A DNA stretch of 37,348 bases from Bdellovibrionales bacterium (GTDB taxonomy: Bacteria; Bdellovibrionota; Bdellovibrionia; Bdellovibrionales; JAMPXM01): NCBI GenBank assembly GCA_031416685.1, contig JANOUF010000321.1:1-37348 (forward strand), written 5' to 3'. Shown one piece after another: positions 1 through 9,347 of this stretch. Numbering within the stretch: position 1 is the first letter of the stretch; every line of letters begins with the position of its first letter. The notes under the pieces were generated by a model, which did no database searches, was not told the DNA's origin, and saw nothing but the letters and a program-made list of their open reading frames with translations. Made by a program: the position numbers and the translations under genes.

Positions 1-1
1 A

Positions 2-1522
2 AAGTTAAAACGCTTCGGCTGGCGAATTGCTGTCATCACAGGATTTATACCACCTGCGCCTTTTCTAGAGATGCTTTCTCTTCGCATTTTACCGATTGCA
101 TGTGACATGCGTAAACTTGAACACGTCGATTACACTCCAGCGCCTGATATCGTTCACGAGGCAGCGGGACATGCGCCGATTATTTCTGATCCGGCATATT
201 CTTCCTATTTAAGAAAGTTCGGCGAGATAGCTCGGTACGTAATTTTCGCCAAAGAGGACGTCGATGTTTACAAAGCAGTTTTAGATCTATCGGAAATTAA
301 AGAGGATCCGGCTTCAACTGAAGAGCTGATCGCAAAAGCACAGAAAGCACTCGACGAGGCATCTGCGAAAGTCACTTACGTAAGCGAAGCGCAAGAGGTC
401 ACTCGACTTGGTTGGTGGACAACTGAATACGGACTCTTTAAAAAGGGTGATGAGTATTTGATTTATGGCGCTGGTCTGCTCTCGTCAGTTAGTGAGTCGT
501 ACAATTGTTTGGGAGATAAAGTTCCCAAGCTCCCGCTCACTATCGATTGTATTAAAATGGATTACGATATTACCAAACCGCAGCCGCAACTTTACTACAC
601 TGAAGATTTCAAAACGCTTGAAGCTGTTATTGAGGAGCTTGCGAATCGAATGGCGTATCGACGCGGCGGTGTTTACGGCCTTGAAAAAGCCAAGGAGGCG
701 CGCACCGAAACAACTACAGTTCTGGAAACTGGATTGCAGATTAGTGGCGTGCTCACAGAATTCCGCACAAAAGACGCTGAAAGCGTTTCCTTCATCAAAT
801 TCACGGGACCAGTTCAGATTTCATTTGCAGATAAACAATTGGAAGGCCACTCACCGTCCTATCACAAAGATGGATTCAGCACTCCGCTCGGGAAATTGAA
901 GAACTCAAAACTGAGTACGTCTTCACTTTCGCTTGAAGACTTAGAAGCATTCGGTTTTAAAGGCACGCAAAAAGGTCAACTTGAATTTGCGAGCGGCATC
1001 GTTGTTGAGGGATGTGTCCGTGAGGTTCTCAAGAAAAACGACAAGACATTGTTGATTGCATTTACTGATTGCACGATCACTAACGGCACTGAAATTCTCT
1101 TTATGCCAGAGTGGGGAACCTTCGACCTCGCATGCGGAGAAAAGATCGCCTCAGTGTTTGGCGGCGCTGCTGACCGAGCTGCTTACATTGAAGCGGAAAA
1201 AAATGTTCCGGAAAAACCTAGACGGCAAAAGCGCAATGTCTCTCCCGACAATGAAAAGCTGATCCCGCTTTACGCTAAAGTCCGTGAGCTGCGCGAATCC
1301 GGAAATATCGAATTGAAAACGATAGAAACTGTAGTCGCCTCACTAGATAAAACTTTTCCACACGACTGGTTGTTGCGACTTGAGTTGATTGAAATGCTTG
1401 AACCGAAACATTTGGCGCCTGAACTCACTGCTTCATTGCGAGCCAACCTTGATAGGATTTCGCGGACATCTGAGAATCTCCTGGTCCTCATTCAGCGCGG
1501 TCTTGCATTAATACGCCACTAA
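2..1522 (+). CDS. phhA: Aromatic amino acid (phenylalanine 4-) hydroxylase, long form with C-terminal extension; 5'-truncated by the window
   Basis: Frame is open from nt 2 (KLKRFGWRIAVITGFIPPAPFLEM...). It has the iron-ligand motifs PDIVHEAAGHAP and WWTTEYGL, plus IYGAGLLSS. Confidence 0.9.
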   Translation, partial: KLKRFGWRIAVITGFIPPAPFLEMLSLRILPIACDMRKLEHVDYTPAPDIVHEAAGHAPIISDPAYSSYLRKFGEIARYVIFAKEDVDVYKAVLDLSEIKEDPASTEELIAKAQKALDEASAKVTYVSEAQEVTRLGWWTTEYGLFKKGDEYLIYGAGLLSSVSESYNCLGDKVPKLPLTIDCIKMDYDITKPQPQLYYTEDFKTLEAVIEELANRMAYRRGGVYGLEKAKEARTETTTVLETGLQISGVLTEFRTKDAESVSFIKFTGPVQISFADKQLEGHSPSYHKDGFSTPLGKLKNSKLSTSSLSLEDLEAFGFKGTQKGQLEFASGIVVEGCVREVLKKNDKTLLIAFTDCTITNGTEILFMPEWGTFDLACGEKIASVFGGAADRAAYIEAEKNVPEKPRRQKRNVSPDNEKLIPLYAKVRELRESGNIELKTIETVVASLDKTFPHDWLLRLELIEMLEPKHLAPELTASLRANLDRISRTSENLLVLIQRGLALIRH

Positions 1523-1540
1523 CCTCATGATAAATCACCC

Positions 1541-2317
1541 ATGCAAGCTCCTAAAATCGCGCATCTCATTGAAGAACGAAAAGAAACGTTAGACGATTTT
1601 CTTAATGCGCATTTGTCTCTTCGCGAGTGCGCCCAGCTTCAGAAAAAACATCTCTTGCTTGATCTGGCTCTGAATCAGGTCAATGCATTCTGGGCGATTC
1701 CCGCACTATCGATTAAAAAAAGTTTCGACGTTTTGGATCAACTTGGATGGGACAACGCAAAAAGCTATCAGCAAAAACTCCCAATGGCGTTGCGGACCAA
1801 TTACCAGAAAGAAATTGAACGCCTAGTTGCTCAAAAGGTCGTCGGAATTTCGCAGATTTCAGAGCGCATCACGCCTGATCTCAAAGCGCAGTTAATCCGT
1901 GAAGCTCAAAGCGAGATCACCATCTATAGTCTTCGACAATCGTCTATAACTGACCTCACGTCGTCGGCACTCACTTACCTATTCGCAACGTGGATTTTCC
2001 AAGACGGCACTTTAAACGTGTTCGGAATCGGCCGAAGGATTGCTACGCTTTGGGCAAAGGACGATGCGGCCTCTAATTTTTTTCTCGGCAAGTCGTTAGG
2101 AAATGCGTTTTACTCAATCGCCCCTCCTGACCCAACAACATTTCAAATCGTACTCGCTACTGGAGTGACTCTTGTCGCAATCAGCGTCGTCAGCACAGTC
2201 GTTGCTGTCATCAGCATTCCGATTCGCAAGAAACTGGGCTTACAAAAGCGAAGTCTCAATCGACTGCTGGATTCGATTCACGATCGTTGGGTTCTAAAGA
2301 TTGCAAAAGGGAAATAG
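1541..2317 (+). CDS. Hypothetical membrane protein
   Basis: 258-aa ORF 18 nt after phhA, with a hydrophobic C-terminal segment (IVLATGVTLVAISVVSTVVAVISIPI). Confidence 0.7.
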   Translation: MQAPKIAHLIEERKETLDDFLNAHLSLRECAQLQKKHLLLDLALNQVNAFWAIPALSIKKSFDVLDQLGWDNAKSYQQKLPMALRTNYQKEIERLVAQKVVGISQISERITPDLKAQLIREAQSEITIYSLRQSSITDLTSSALTYLFATWIFQDGTLNVFGIGRRIATLWAKDDAASNFFLGKSLGNAFYSIAPPDPTTFQIVLATGVTLVAISVVSTVVAVISIPIRKKLGLQKRSLNRLLDSIHDRWVLKIAKGK

Positions 2318-2324
2318 CTACTGG

Positions 2325-3116
2325 TTAAAATGTCATACCCAGATTTATTTTAAGCACTGAGAAGCGCGGGAATTCTGAGATGAAATCAATTGCGTCGTTT
2401 ACGTTGTCTCGATCGGAGTTAGATACGTATTGAGTAAACCCAGTCTTTCTCTCTGTTTGTGATAGGGGTTGCGACCACACCGCCCAATCCACGCCGATAA
2501 TAAAATTGTCCTGAATGATCCACCGATTGCCAATACCGACAACGAATCCAATCGAGTTTAAAACTATCTCATCATACTCCGACGAATGCGGAACAGAGCG
2601 ATTGATGATGTCATTACCAAGCTTCACTTTGAACATGTGATAAGCGACACCGTAGTGATAATTGAAACTCGATTTGCCGAAGTGGCTTCGCATGACAAGC
2701 GAAAGCCTTTGATCAGTCATCCCTCCGAGGGACTCGAACAAGAACGGAACCGATAGTGAGCCGCGCACGTATTCAAGTTCGGCAGTTGTCTTTGGCGTGA
2801 ATCGCCAACCGACAGTAGCGCCGTATTTACTCGGCACAAATAAATCAAGTGGCGCATAAACGATCATCGCCAAAATCTTGCGTTCTAAATTGGTTTTAGT
2901 TGCTTGCTCTGGAGGAGTTTCAGTTTTGATCTCTTCCGATTTCACTTCGTCTGTCGGTTTTGAAATAGCGCCAGTAGTATCAGGCGTGTCGCCTGAGAGT
3001 GCCTCGTTGTATTCGTCGATTTTCTTTTGCTCTTCCGGGGTCGGCTTACGCGATTGCGCCTGTGCGGTTGTGGCACAGAAGGACAAACATAATGTCACAG
3101 TTAATATCCAGCGCAT
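2325..3116 (-). CDS. Secreted protein, probable small outer-membrane beta-barrel
   Basis: Signal peptide (..ATTAQA), a disordered linker, alternating amphipathic strands and a C-terminal ...LKINLGMTF. Confidence 0.65.
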   Translation of the reverse strand: MRWILTVTLCLSFCATTAQAQSRKPTPEEQKKIDEYNEALSGDTPDTTGAISKPTDEVKSEEIKTETPPEQATKTNLERKILAMIVYAPLDLFVPSKYGATVGWRFTPKTTAELEYVRGSLSVPFLFESLGGMTDQRLSLVMRSHFGKSSFNYHYGVAYHMFKVKLGNDIINRSVPHSSEYDEIVLNSIGFVVGIGNRWIIQDNFIIGVDWAVWSQPLSQTERKTGFTQYVSNSDRDNVNDAIDFISEFPRFSVLKINLGMTF

Positions 3117-3187
3117 GCAGGCACCTCAAGTAGAGAAGCATGCCATGGAGGGATCGTGGTGATAAGTGAAGAGGTCTTGAAGAATAG

Positions 3188-3215
3188 AAAAAGGCGCCGC
3201 TTTCGCGGCGCCTTT
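3188..3215 (-). terminator. Intrinsic terminator for the 3226-3831 gene
   Basis: aaaggcgccgc-tttc-gcggcgccttt perfect hairpin with a U tract on the minus strand. Confidence 0.85.
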
Positions 3216-3225
3216 AGTTGCGCTA

Positions 3226-3831
3226 TTAGTAAAGCTGATCGCCAGTTAGGTCGTCGGCGCCATCACAGTTTTGATCGCGGTCAGTGATTGGGTACGAAGT
3301 GCAAACTGGTGCGGAGCCGGCATCGCCAGAGCCACTGTCTGTTCCACCCGATGAACCATCTGTTCCACCAGTAGAACCGCCATCACCAGAACCACTGTCT
3401 GTTCCGCCGTCAGTACTACCATCGGTTCCACCATCAGTACCACCTGATGAACCATCGTCACCAGAGCCATCGCCTCCGCTATCATCCGATCCGTCTCGGC
3501 ATTCTCCGAGATAGTCTCGTTCACGATCGGCGTGCTTTTTGTTGTGGCCGTGGTTCATGTGGGCATCGACTGCGTTTTCGCTGATAGATATCGTATGTCG
3601 ATTATCAGGGTTTCCTGGAGGTACGTGACAAATCACAACCTTCAGTTCATTTCCCTTTTTGCCCTTCACTACAACCATGTGCTGTTCGAAATCTTCCGCA
3701 CTCGCCTTATCTAAATAGATAGGCTCCTGGTAAATTTGTCCATCTGCTGCGGTATACCCGACCCCTGAGTTACAGGCTGTCAGCGCTAAGCCGCAGAGTA
3801 GGAGTAATCCTAACTTACTGTCAGCTTTCAT
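3226..3831 (-). CDS. Lipoprotein with a Cys/His module and a Gly/Ser/Asp/Thr-rich tail
   Basis: ATG at 3831 follows GGAGG. Lipobox LALTA-C, module ICHVPPGNPDNRHTISISENAVDAHMNHG..DYLGEC, and GGTDG/SGSGDG repeats. Confidence 0.8.
   Translation of the reverse strand: MKADSKLGLLLLCGLALTACNSGVGYTAADGQIYQEPIYLDKASAEDFEQHMVVVKGKKGNELKVVICHVPPGNPDNRHTISISENAVDAHMNHGHNKKHADRERDYLGECRDGSDDSGGDGSGDDGSSGGTDGGTDGSTDGGTDSGSGDGGSTGGTDGSSGGTDSGSGDAGSAPVCTSYPITDRDQNCDGADDLTGDQLY
3310..3490 (-). repeat. Low-complexity coding repeats (GGTDG, GGTDSGSGD)
   Basis: Visible in the translation and as recurring ccactgtctgttcc / gatgaaccatc in the DNA. Confidence 0.75.
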
Positions 3832-4112
3832 AAAGCCTCCTCTGTTCAAGAGAAAAAAAGACCAGTTCAATAGATTCGAGTGAGAGCATACAGACTGCTA
3901 CACACAGTTTGCGCAAAGATCGTTAGAACATCCAATTTATTAAGTGCCGTGAAACACATTGGGATTAATGTTTTTGAGAGTGTCAAAGTGCCGACAGATT
4001 GTGGCGGTAACGCTTGAAGCAGTGGCGAGATTTTTGACGATAAATACGAAATTGCTGTCCCGGCTTGAAACTCGATTTTGCGCGGGCTATCCCAATTGAC
4101 TGGAGGCAGAAC

Positions 4113-4550
4113 GTGAAATTCTTAAGTCGAAAATCGTGGTTACACGCAGCCCTTGGCGGGACGCTCATCACACTGATTCTATTTATGACCTCGGTTTTCA
4201 TCTCTAGTCAGCAGATGAAATTGCGGCCGACGAACGTTCCAAAATTCTACGAACAATCGCTTTTGGTTAATCGACCGATATTCGAAACAATACAGCGAGC
4301 GCTGCTTGTTTGCGACACCATGGATTGGGAAGTCGTTTCTTATAACCCAGCAAAAGGTATTATTGAAGCGACTGCCACGACACCGATCTTTGGGTTTCGG
4401 GACGACGTTGTGATCAGAATAGAAAGCGAGAAACTAAACCAAACCCGCATTGATGTGCACTCTGTCTCTCGCGTTGGCGAGACCGACTACGGCAGTAATG
4501 CCGATCGAATCCGCTTCTATTTAGATCGACTCGAAAAACGCCTTAGGTGA
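4113..4550 (+). CDS. DUF1499-like membrane-anchored protein
   Basis: GTG at 4113 follows GGAGG. One TM helix and the motif FGFRDDVVIRI...IDVHSVSRVGETDYGSNADRI. Confidence 0.8.
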   Translation: MKFLSRKSWLHAALGGTLITLILFMTSVFISSQQMKLRPTNVPKFYEQSLLVNRPIFETIQRALLVCDTMDWEVVSYNPAKGIIEATATTPIFGFRDDVVIRIESEKLNQTRIDVHSVSRVGETDYGSNADRIRFYLDRLEKRLR

Positions 4551-4637
4551 CACGCACCTAATTTTTAACCGATTCTGGCTCTGCAGGTGTCTTAGTAATA
4601 GAGCCACCAATGATGGTCGGCTGTCTAGGGAGGGGCC

Positions 4638-4931
4638 ATGGAAGGTCAAGCCAAGAGGATTCATACGTTGAGTGCCGGAATCCTTTTCTTTTTGTTTCTG
4701 CTTTTGTATTCCCCCAATGCAAAAGCATTCACAAAAGATAACAGCGATCAACTTTTGATGGAGGCGACTCTTCGAGTTCAGGAAGAACTGCGAGTCGCAC
4801 AGGCTGAGCAGGCTCGCCGCACTCTGGAGTATAGAAACTCCTTTGATAAAAACTCACCGGGCGAGCTTGCTCTAGAATTTCCTATGGGGTCACAAGTGGC
4901 GCAGGCTTCAGGGTCTGCTCAGCTTCAGTAA
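4638..4931 (+). CDS. Small hypothetical secreted protein
   Basis: GGAGGGG RBS and a signal-peptide-like N-terminus (..PNAKA). Its 3' end overlaps the convergent protease gene by 50 nt. Confidence 0.55.
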   Translation: MEGQAKRIHTLSAGILFFLFLLLYSPNAKAFTKDNSDQLLMEATLRVQEELRVAQAEQARRTLEYRNSFDKNSPGELALEFPMGSQVAQASGSAQLQ

Positions 4932-5757
4932 CAAAATCATCGTACTTTAATAGATTGGCGAACGCGGCTGACGCTTGACATGCCTCTCCGCCTCCAGGCG
5001 TGATCGATCGACTATCGACGCCGATTAGGTAGAATTCTTCCTTAACTTTTATGTATGCGGGTCCACCTGAGTCTCCGTTACATGTTCCTTGACGAGTGAT
5101 ATCGAGAATAAATTCACGTGGCGTCGACTGCGAAATTAAGATCGGAGCTACTGCCCTTCGTAATGTTCCTTTCGTCTCAAACGCCTTTGGCTTAGAGACA
5201 CCGTAGCCCGCTATGTGGACTTTCGTTCCAGGCTTCATAAGAGATTCGTCTTCAAGTAATTTTGCTTTTTCAAATCCAGGCGGCAAGCCGCCTTCGAATC
5301 GTACGATCGCAACGTCGTGATGATCGCTATTTGACATGAAAACATCTTCTGCGACGGTGCGCTCTTCCGGAAGGACTTTGCTGATTCTTTCGATCTCGTC
5401 GTAACCTTCCATTCTTTTCCAGTCGATTATTTTTCTGCGGATTTTGGAATCAGAAACAACTAAGCCGAAAATTAATTCGCCCTCTGCTGTACCCGTCGGT
5501 AAACAGTGCGCCGCTGTGACTGCGAGTGAGTCACTCAAGATTGAAGCCGTGCATAGAGTTCCTGTGGGACTTAATTTCTTTCTTGTTGAGATCGCTACAA
5601 TCGAATTCGCGATTTTGTCGCCTGGCTTCACATCGTCGCCGTTAACAATGAGCCAGTCGCCGTTGCCCGCTTGCAAAGGTTGGTAAGAAGAGCCGGGCTT
5701 CACGCAAGCCGCAAGGCTCATCAAAAGAAGAACTGAACTAACAGTTTTGGCAAACAT
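4882..5757 (-). CDS. Trypsin-like (S1) serine protease, lipoprotein
   Basis: Triad motifs TAAHC, DVAIV and GDSGGP, IVNG at the start of the mature domain, and lipobox LAA-C. Confidence 0.93.
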   Translation of the reverse strand: MFAKTVSSVLLLMSLAACVKPGSSYQPLQAGNGDWLIVNGDDVKPGDKIANSIVAISTRKKLSPTGTLCTASILSDSLAVTAAHCLPTGTAEGELIFGLVVSDSKIRRKIIDWKRMEGYDEIERISKVLPEERTVAEDVFMSNSDHHDVAIVRFEGGLPPGFEKAKLLEDESLMKPGTKVHIAGYGVSKPKAFETKGTLRRAVAPILISQSTPREFILDITRQGTCNGDSGGPAYIKVKEEFYLIGVDSRSITPGGGEACQASAAFANLLKYDDFVTEAEQTLKPAPLVTP

Positions 5758-5799
5758 TGATGTGCTCCACTACTTTTAAAAAACCACTCTTCGAATGAT

Positions 5800-5815
5800 T
5801 GCAAACTCATGGCCA
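5800..5815 (-). promoter_or_regulatory. Candidate sigma54 (-24/-12) promoter for the trypsin gene
   Basis: The minus strand reads TGGCCATGAGTTTGCA, an exact GG-N10-GC spacing about 40 nt upstream of the start. Confidence 0.6.
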
Positions 5816-5872
5816 GACCTACTGGCCGAGAAATTGAACATTTAGTACCAGGAACAGTTTTAAGAGGTCCTA

Positions 5873-6001
5873 ATGACGATTAATTGGGTTTTAGCAGCGC
5901 TATTTATATCGATGAGCTCCTCAATGGCGCTCGCTGACCAGTGCTTTGACAGCTTTGGCAAAGGCACGCAGGCGGCCGCCAGAGCACAGGATTTGATATG
6001 A
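5873..6001 (+). CDS. 42-aa signal-peptide ORF absent from the ORF track (small protein or truncated remnant)
   Basis: GAGG RBS, translation MTINWVLAALFISMSSSMALA-DQCFDSFGKGTQAAARAQDLI*, and an ATGA overlap with the start at 5998. Confidence 0.5.
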   Translation: MTINWVLAALFISMSSSMALADQCFDSFGKGTQAAARAQDLI

Positions 6002-7650
6002 TTAAAAAATCTCTCTTAAGTCTAATTTCTATATCCATGCTCTCGTTTTCTGTTCGCGCATCGGGTGCCGATTACTGTATGGGCATTCGCGGAAACGGAG
6101 ATTCCGAGCCAGCGCATTGGGGTGCGATGGCAAGAACGGTTGAGCAACTTGGGCTACCGAAAGCCATGGCCGGCGGAAGTTCTGCGACCTACTCGATGTT
6201 TTTGCTGGAAGCCATCGCGAGCAATCCATTAATCAAGGGACAATCAGAAGAAATTCAAAAAGAGCGCGCTTCACTTATGATTAAAAGCTTACTCGGATTT
6301 TTAACAGAAATTCGCGAGACAAAGTCATGGAATGATATGGGCCTTCTCTTTCAAACAGCGAGTAACGCAAAAGTCGGCGGAGTGCTAAAAAAACTTGGAA
6401 CAGCACTCAATATCAAAAATTGGATGCTTGCTCACAAAGTTCTAAAGCAAGGCACGGAGCTCGGATTTATCGATTCGCATTTCGCAGCTCCACTTTTTGG
6501 GGCGATCAAACAGCGTAACTTAAAAATGGCGAAGTTTTATGTTCAACAGATGGGTGAAACGCTTTCTGTCTTAGGAAGATTCGATGCCGCCCGCGATCAA
6601 AACCTCTTCTTCCGAAAAGGGCTCGTTAATTTTGAGAAAGTTGCGGTTACGTTTGGTCGTATTGCGGGATTTTACGCAGGCCAAAATAAGAACCGTTTCG
6701 TGCAACACTACTGGCAACAGTTCGTGAATGATTGTGCCGATCACAGTGTCGGCAAAACTTGGACGGAGTTGATTGCGAAGCATCCGTATTGCCGCACGCT
6801 CTTTCACGGAGCATTTACTTTCCATTTTCAAAGCGAAGATAAAAATCTTCATCTTGAGGAAAAGCAACCTGGCTTCGCAATTCCTGTCTTAGCAAGCAAT
6901 ACCGTGCTCGTTGGAACTGCTGCACAAGAAGCTATGATTGGTCTAACAAAATATCATCAACAGTCGTCTAAGGTTTACGGCAAGGGCTTCTCGCTTTCGA
7001 ATCCTGAAGAGGTGAAGTTTGCTTATTGGGGACCCGACAAAGCTCTTGCGAGAATTCAGTCTCGCATCGACCGCACTGACGAAAAATCGCGCCGCTTCTT
7101 TCCACTCGGCCCTGCAACTTGGAAAACAATTTTAAAATTCTCTCCTGCTGAGCCAGGCCTTGCACCATTCACTCGCATGAATGAGAAAATGGTTTCTGTT
7201 GGCGGCTGGTCCGATCTTCACCCGGTACAAGTTCTTAAAGCATACGGTTGTTCAGACGTCGTTTACTTAACTCGCGAAGGTGGCGAGAGTTTGTTTGCTC
7301 AAGGTGTTGCGAAACGTTTGATGAAACTCGAGCGTGATTGGGATTTACTCGACAACGTCACTCCAGGAAAAATGGAGAGAAACGTTGAACTCAACAAAGT
7401 CGGTGATCCATCGGACATGACTTCAAAATGGAGCAAGCTCTACAACTTGGGAAATCCGAAAAGTTCAATCAAGCGCGCGCTTCACGGAGCTTCTGCAGTT
7501 CTTTGTACGGATTGGAATGCTTATCCTGTTCGCGAGAAGTTGGTTGAATTAATTGACACTTCTTATCGAAGCCCATTCTCTGTTCCGGAAGATTCTCGCT
7601 TGGCTCTTCAGCCACGATTGTCATCGCAAAAAGCCGGCTGCACGCTTTAA
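5998..7650 (+). CDS. Secreted hypothetical protein, possible divergent patatin-like fold
   Basis: Signal peptide. GIRGNG...AHWG, MAGGSSAT and VGGWSDLHPV occur in patatin motif order. Confidence 0.6.
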   Translation: MIKKSLLSLISISMLSFSVRASGADYCMGIRGNGDSEPAHWGAMARTVEQLGLPKAMAGGSSATYSMFLLEAIASNPLIKGQSEEIQKERASLMIKSLLGFLTEIRETKSWNDMGLLFQTASNAKVGGVLKKLGTALNIKNWMLAHKVLKQGTELGFIDSHFAAPLFGAIKQRNLKMAKFYVQQMGETLSVLGRFDAARDQNLFFRKGLVNFEKVAVTFGRIAGFYAGQNKNRFVQHYWQQFVNDCADHSVGKTWTELIAKHPYCRTLFHGAFTFHFQSEDKNLHLEEKQPGFAIPVLASNTVLVGTAAQEAMIGLTKYHQQSSKVYGKGFSLSNPEEVKFAYWGPDKALARIQSRIDRTDEKSRRFFPLGPATWKTILKFSPAEPGLAPFTRMNEKMVSVGGWSDLHPVQVLKAYGCSDVVYLTREGGESLFAQGVAKRLMKLERDWDLLDNVTPGKMERNVELNKVGDPSDMTSKWSKLYNLGNPKSSIKRALHGASAVLCTDWNAYPVREKLVELIDTSYRSPFSVPEDSRLALQPRLSSQKAGCTL

Positions 7651-8180
7651 TCGCACCAAGTGCCGGGCGTAACAACTCGATTGATATCGCCTGCGCGGAT
7701 GTAAAGGAACTCTGTCCCAACCGCCAGGCGCAGTCTTTGGGCCTTCTGTGAAACCGGAGATATCGTTTGAAGCTGCGCAAAGCCTTCGCTATCAGTCGCA
7801 GTTAGACCGTTCACGCCCTTAAGATTCCACTTCACGTTCGCATTTGAAACTGGAGTTATGTCAGCACTCGTAAGTGCCTGAGAAATTGTTCCTGTTGAAT
7901 GTCGACACTGAAGTCGAAAGTTAACGACAACAAAAAAGTTTTTCTCGCACGCAGACGCCTGCGGCAAATTGAAACCCTGCTGACAAGTATCGAACGATGC
8001 TTCAGCAAATCCTAAGTTCTTCGTTGATCGGTTGAGTCCGAGATGATTTCTCAAGCCACTATAGTCGACCGCTCGAGACGTCGTTTCAGTCGGAGATTTT
8101 GGTTCGTCTTTTTTCGGTGGAGTTGTGCAGCCGCCAATTAAAAGAGTGATCAGTGCGAGATAAGTCCTAACGCGCTTCAC
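7647..8180 (-). CDS. Hypothetical lipoprotein
   Basis: GTG at 8180 follows GGAGGA. Lipobox LIGG-C and four further Cys. Confidence 0.75.
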   Translation of the reverse strand: MKRVRTYLALITLLIGGCTTPPKKDEPKSPTETTSRAVDYSGLRNHLGLNRSTKNLGFAEASFDTCQQGFNLPQASACEKNFFVVVNFRLQCRHSTGTISQALTSADITPVSNANVKWNLKGVNGLTATDSEGFAQLQTISPVSQKAQRLRLAVGTEFLYIRAGDINRVVTPGTWCD

Positions 8181-8317
8181 GATTCCTCCAGCGAGAGAGT
8201 CATAATCTGTCGGCATCTTTCACACGAGCAAGGAGTCTAGTCGAGAATTCGCACGACTTTACTCCAGGATTCTATAAGTGAGAATTCGCGTTTCGAGACT
8301 CTAGATATAATGGACAG

Positions 8318-9310
8318 ATGACAAGCCCAAGACAGATGCGCTTTCTAATTCTACTCTGCTTCGTATTCGCAACGACTGCGTGCCGAGAGCAATCTGCCCT
8401 AAACAATCTTGTTGGCGGACCCGGCCCGTCAGATCAAGGCGGCGGCCCTAGCACGAATTGCTTCGTCTACGAGGCGTTCCGAGTTGGCAATTGTAACTCG
8501 CTTGTTAATCGCGACATGTTTTCGAGGGCTGAGCTTGCAGAGTACGATTACGTTTCTTCCTCGGACCCGCGCTACAAACCGCCGGTTCGTTTAATCGATC
8601 TCACTAAAATTTCTCTAGATGCGCGAATCACACCGTCTTTTCGACTGAGTGAATATCTTTCTGCATCGAAGGGCCGTTATGGTTATATTGCCGAACACGC
8701 TCTTCGATTCATCGAAAACGTTCGTCAGATTTTAAACTCCCCCGTTAAAATTACGAGCGGCTATCGGAGCCCCGGCTACAATAGTGGAACTGGTGGCTCG
8801 GCATCGCTGTCTCGTCACATGTATGGCGATGGTATTGATTTGAAATCTGCGGCCGCAACACCTGCGCAGATTAAAGCTGCCTGCCAAAAAGTAGGAGCTT
8901 CGTACATTCAGCTCTATGCGGATGGGCATGTGCATTGCGACTGGCGCAATCATCCGCTCGATGGAACTTTTTCTGATGACGGCGTGATCGGTCCAACGAC
9001 TGCCGAGATTTCTGTGATGTCCGATGAAGACTTCACGCAAATGCAAAAAGACATGGCAGGCGAACCGTTGATCACGATGGTTTCTGGAACCATGAACTTT
9101 GGTGACACCGTTCATTTCCGAGCGGATCTAGAAGACCAAGAGGATCCAGGCGAGTTGCATGTTGAATGGACCGTAACTCTTCCAGATGGAAAAGCTATAT
9201 TGCTACCAGGGACATTCTTATCGGTTGAGCTTCTCGAGCGCGGTGAATATGTGCTCACTGCTCGAGTTGGTGGCTTTGCCGAAACGACGGAACGATTCGT
9301 CGTTCAATAA
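8318..9310 (+). CDS. Peptidase M15A-family (D-Ala-D-Ala metallopeptidase fold) lipoprotein with a C-terminal Ig/PKD-like domain
   Basis: ITSGYRSPGYN, SRHMYGDGID and HVHCDWR zinc motifs, and a lipobox-like ATTA-C. Confidence 0.85.
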   Translation: MTSPRQMRFLILLCFVFATTACREQSALNNLVGGPGPSDQGGGPSTNCFVYEAFRVGNCNSLVNRDMFSRAELAEYDYVSSSDPRYKPPVRLIDLTKISLDARITPSFRLSEYLSASKGRYGYIAEHALRFIENVRQILNSPVKITSGYRSPGYNSGTGGSASLSRHMYGDGIDLKSAAATPAQIKAACQKVGASYIQLYADGHVHCDWRNHPLDGTFSDDGVIGPTTAEISVMSDEDFTQMQKDMAGEPLITMVSGTMNFGDTVHFRADLEDQEDPGELHVEWTVTLPDGKAILLPGTFLSVELLERGEYVLTARVGGFAETTERFVVQ

Positions 9311-9347
9311 TTTTGGTTCACTAATTTTAAATTTAAATCGTTCAAAC

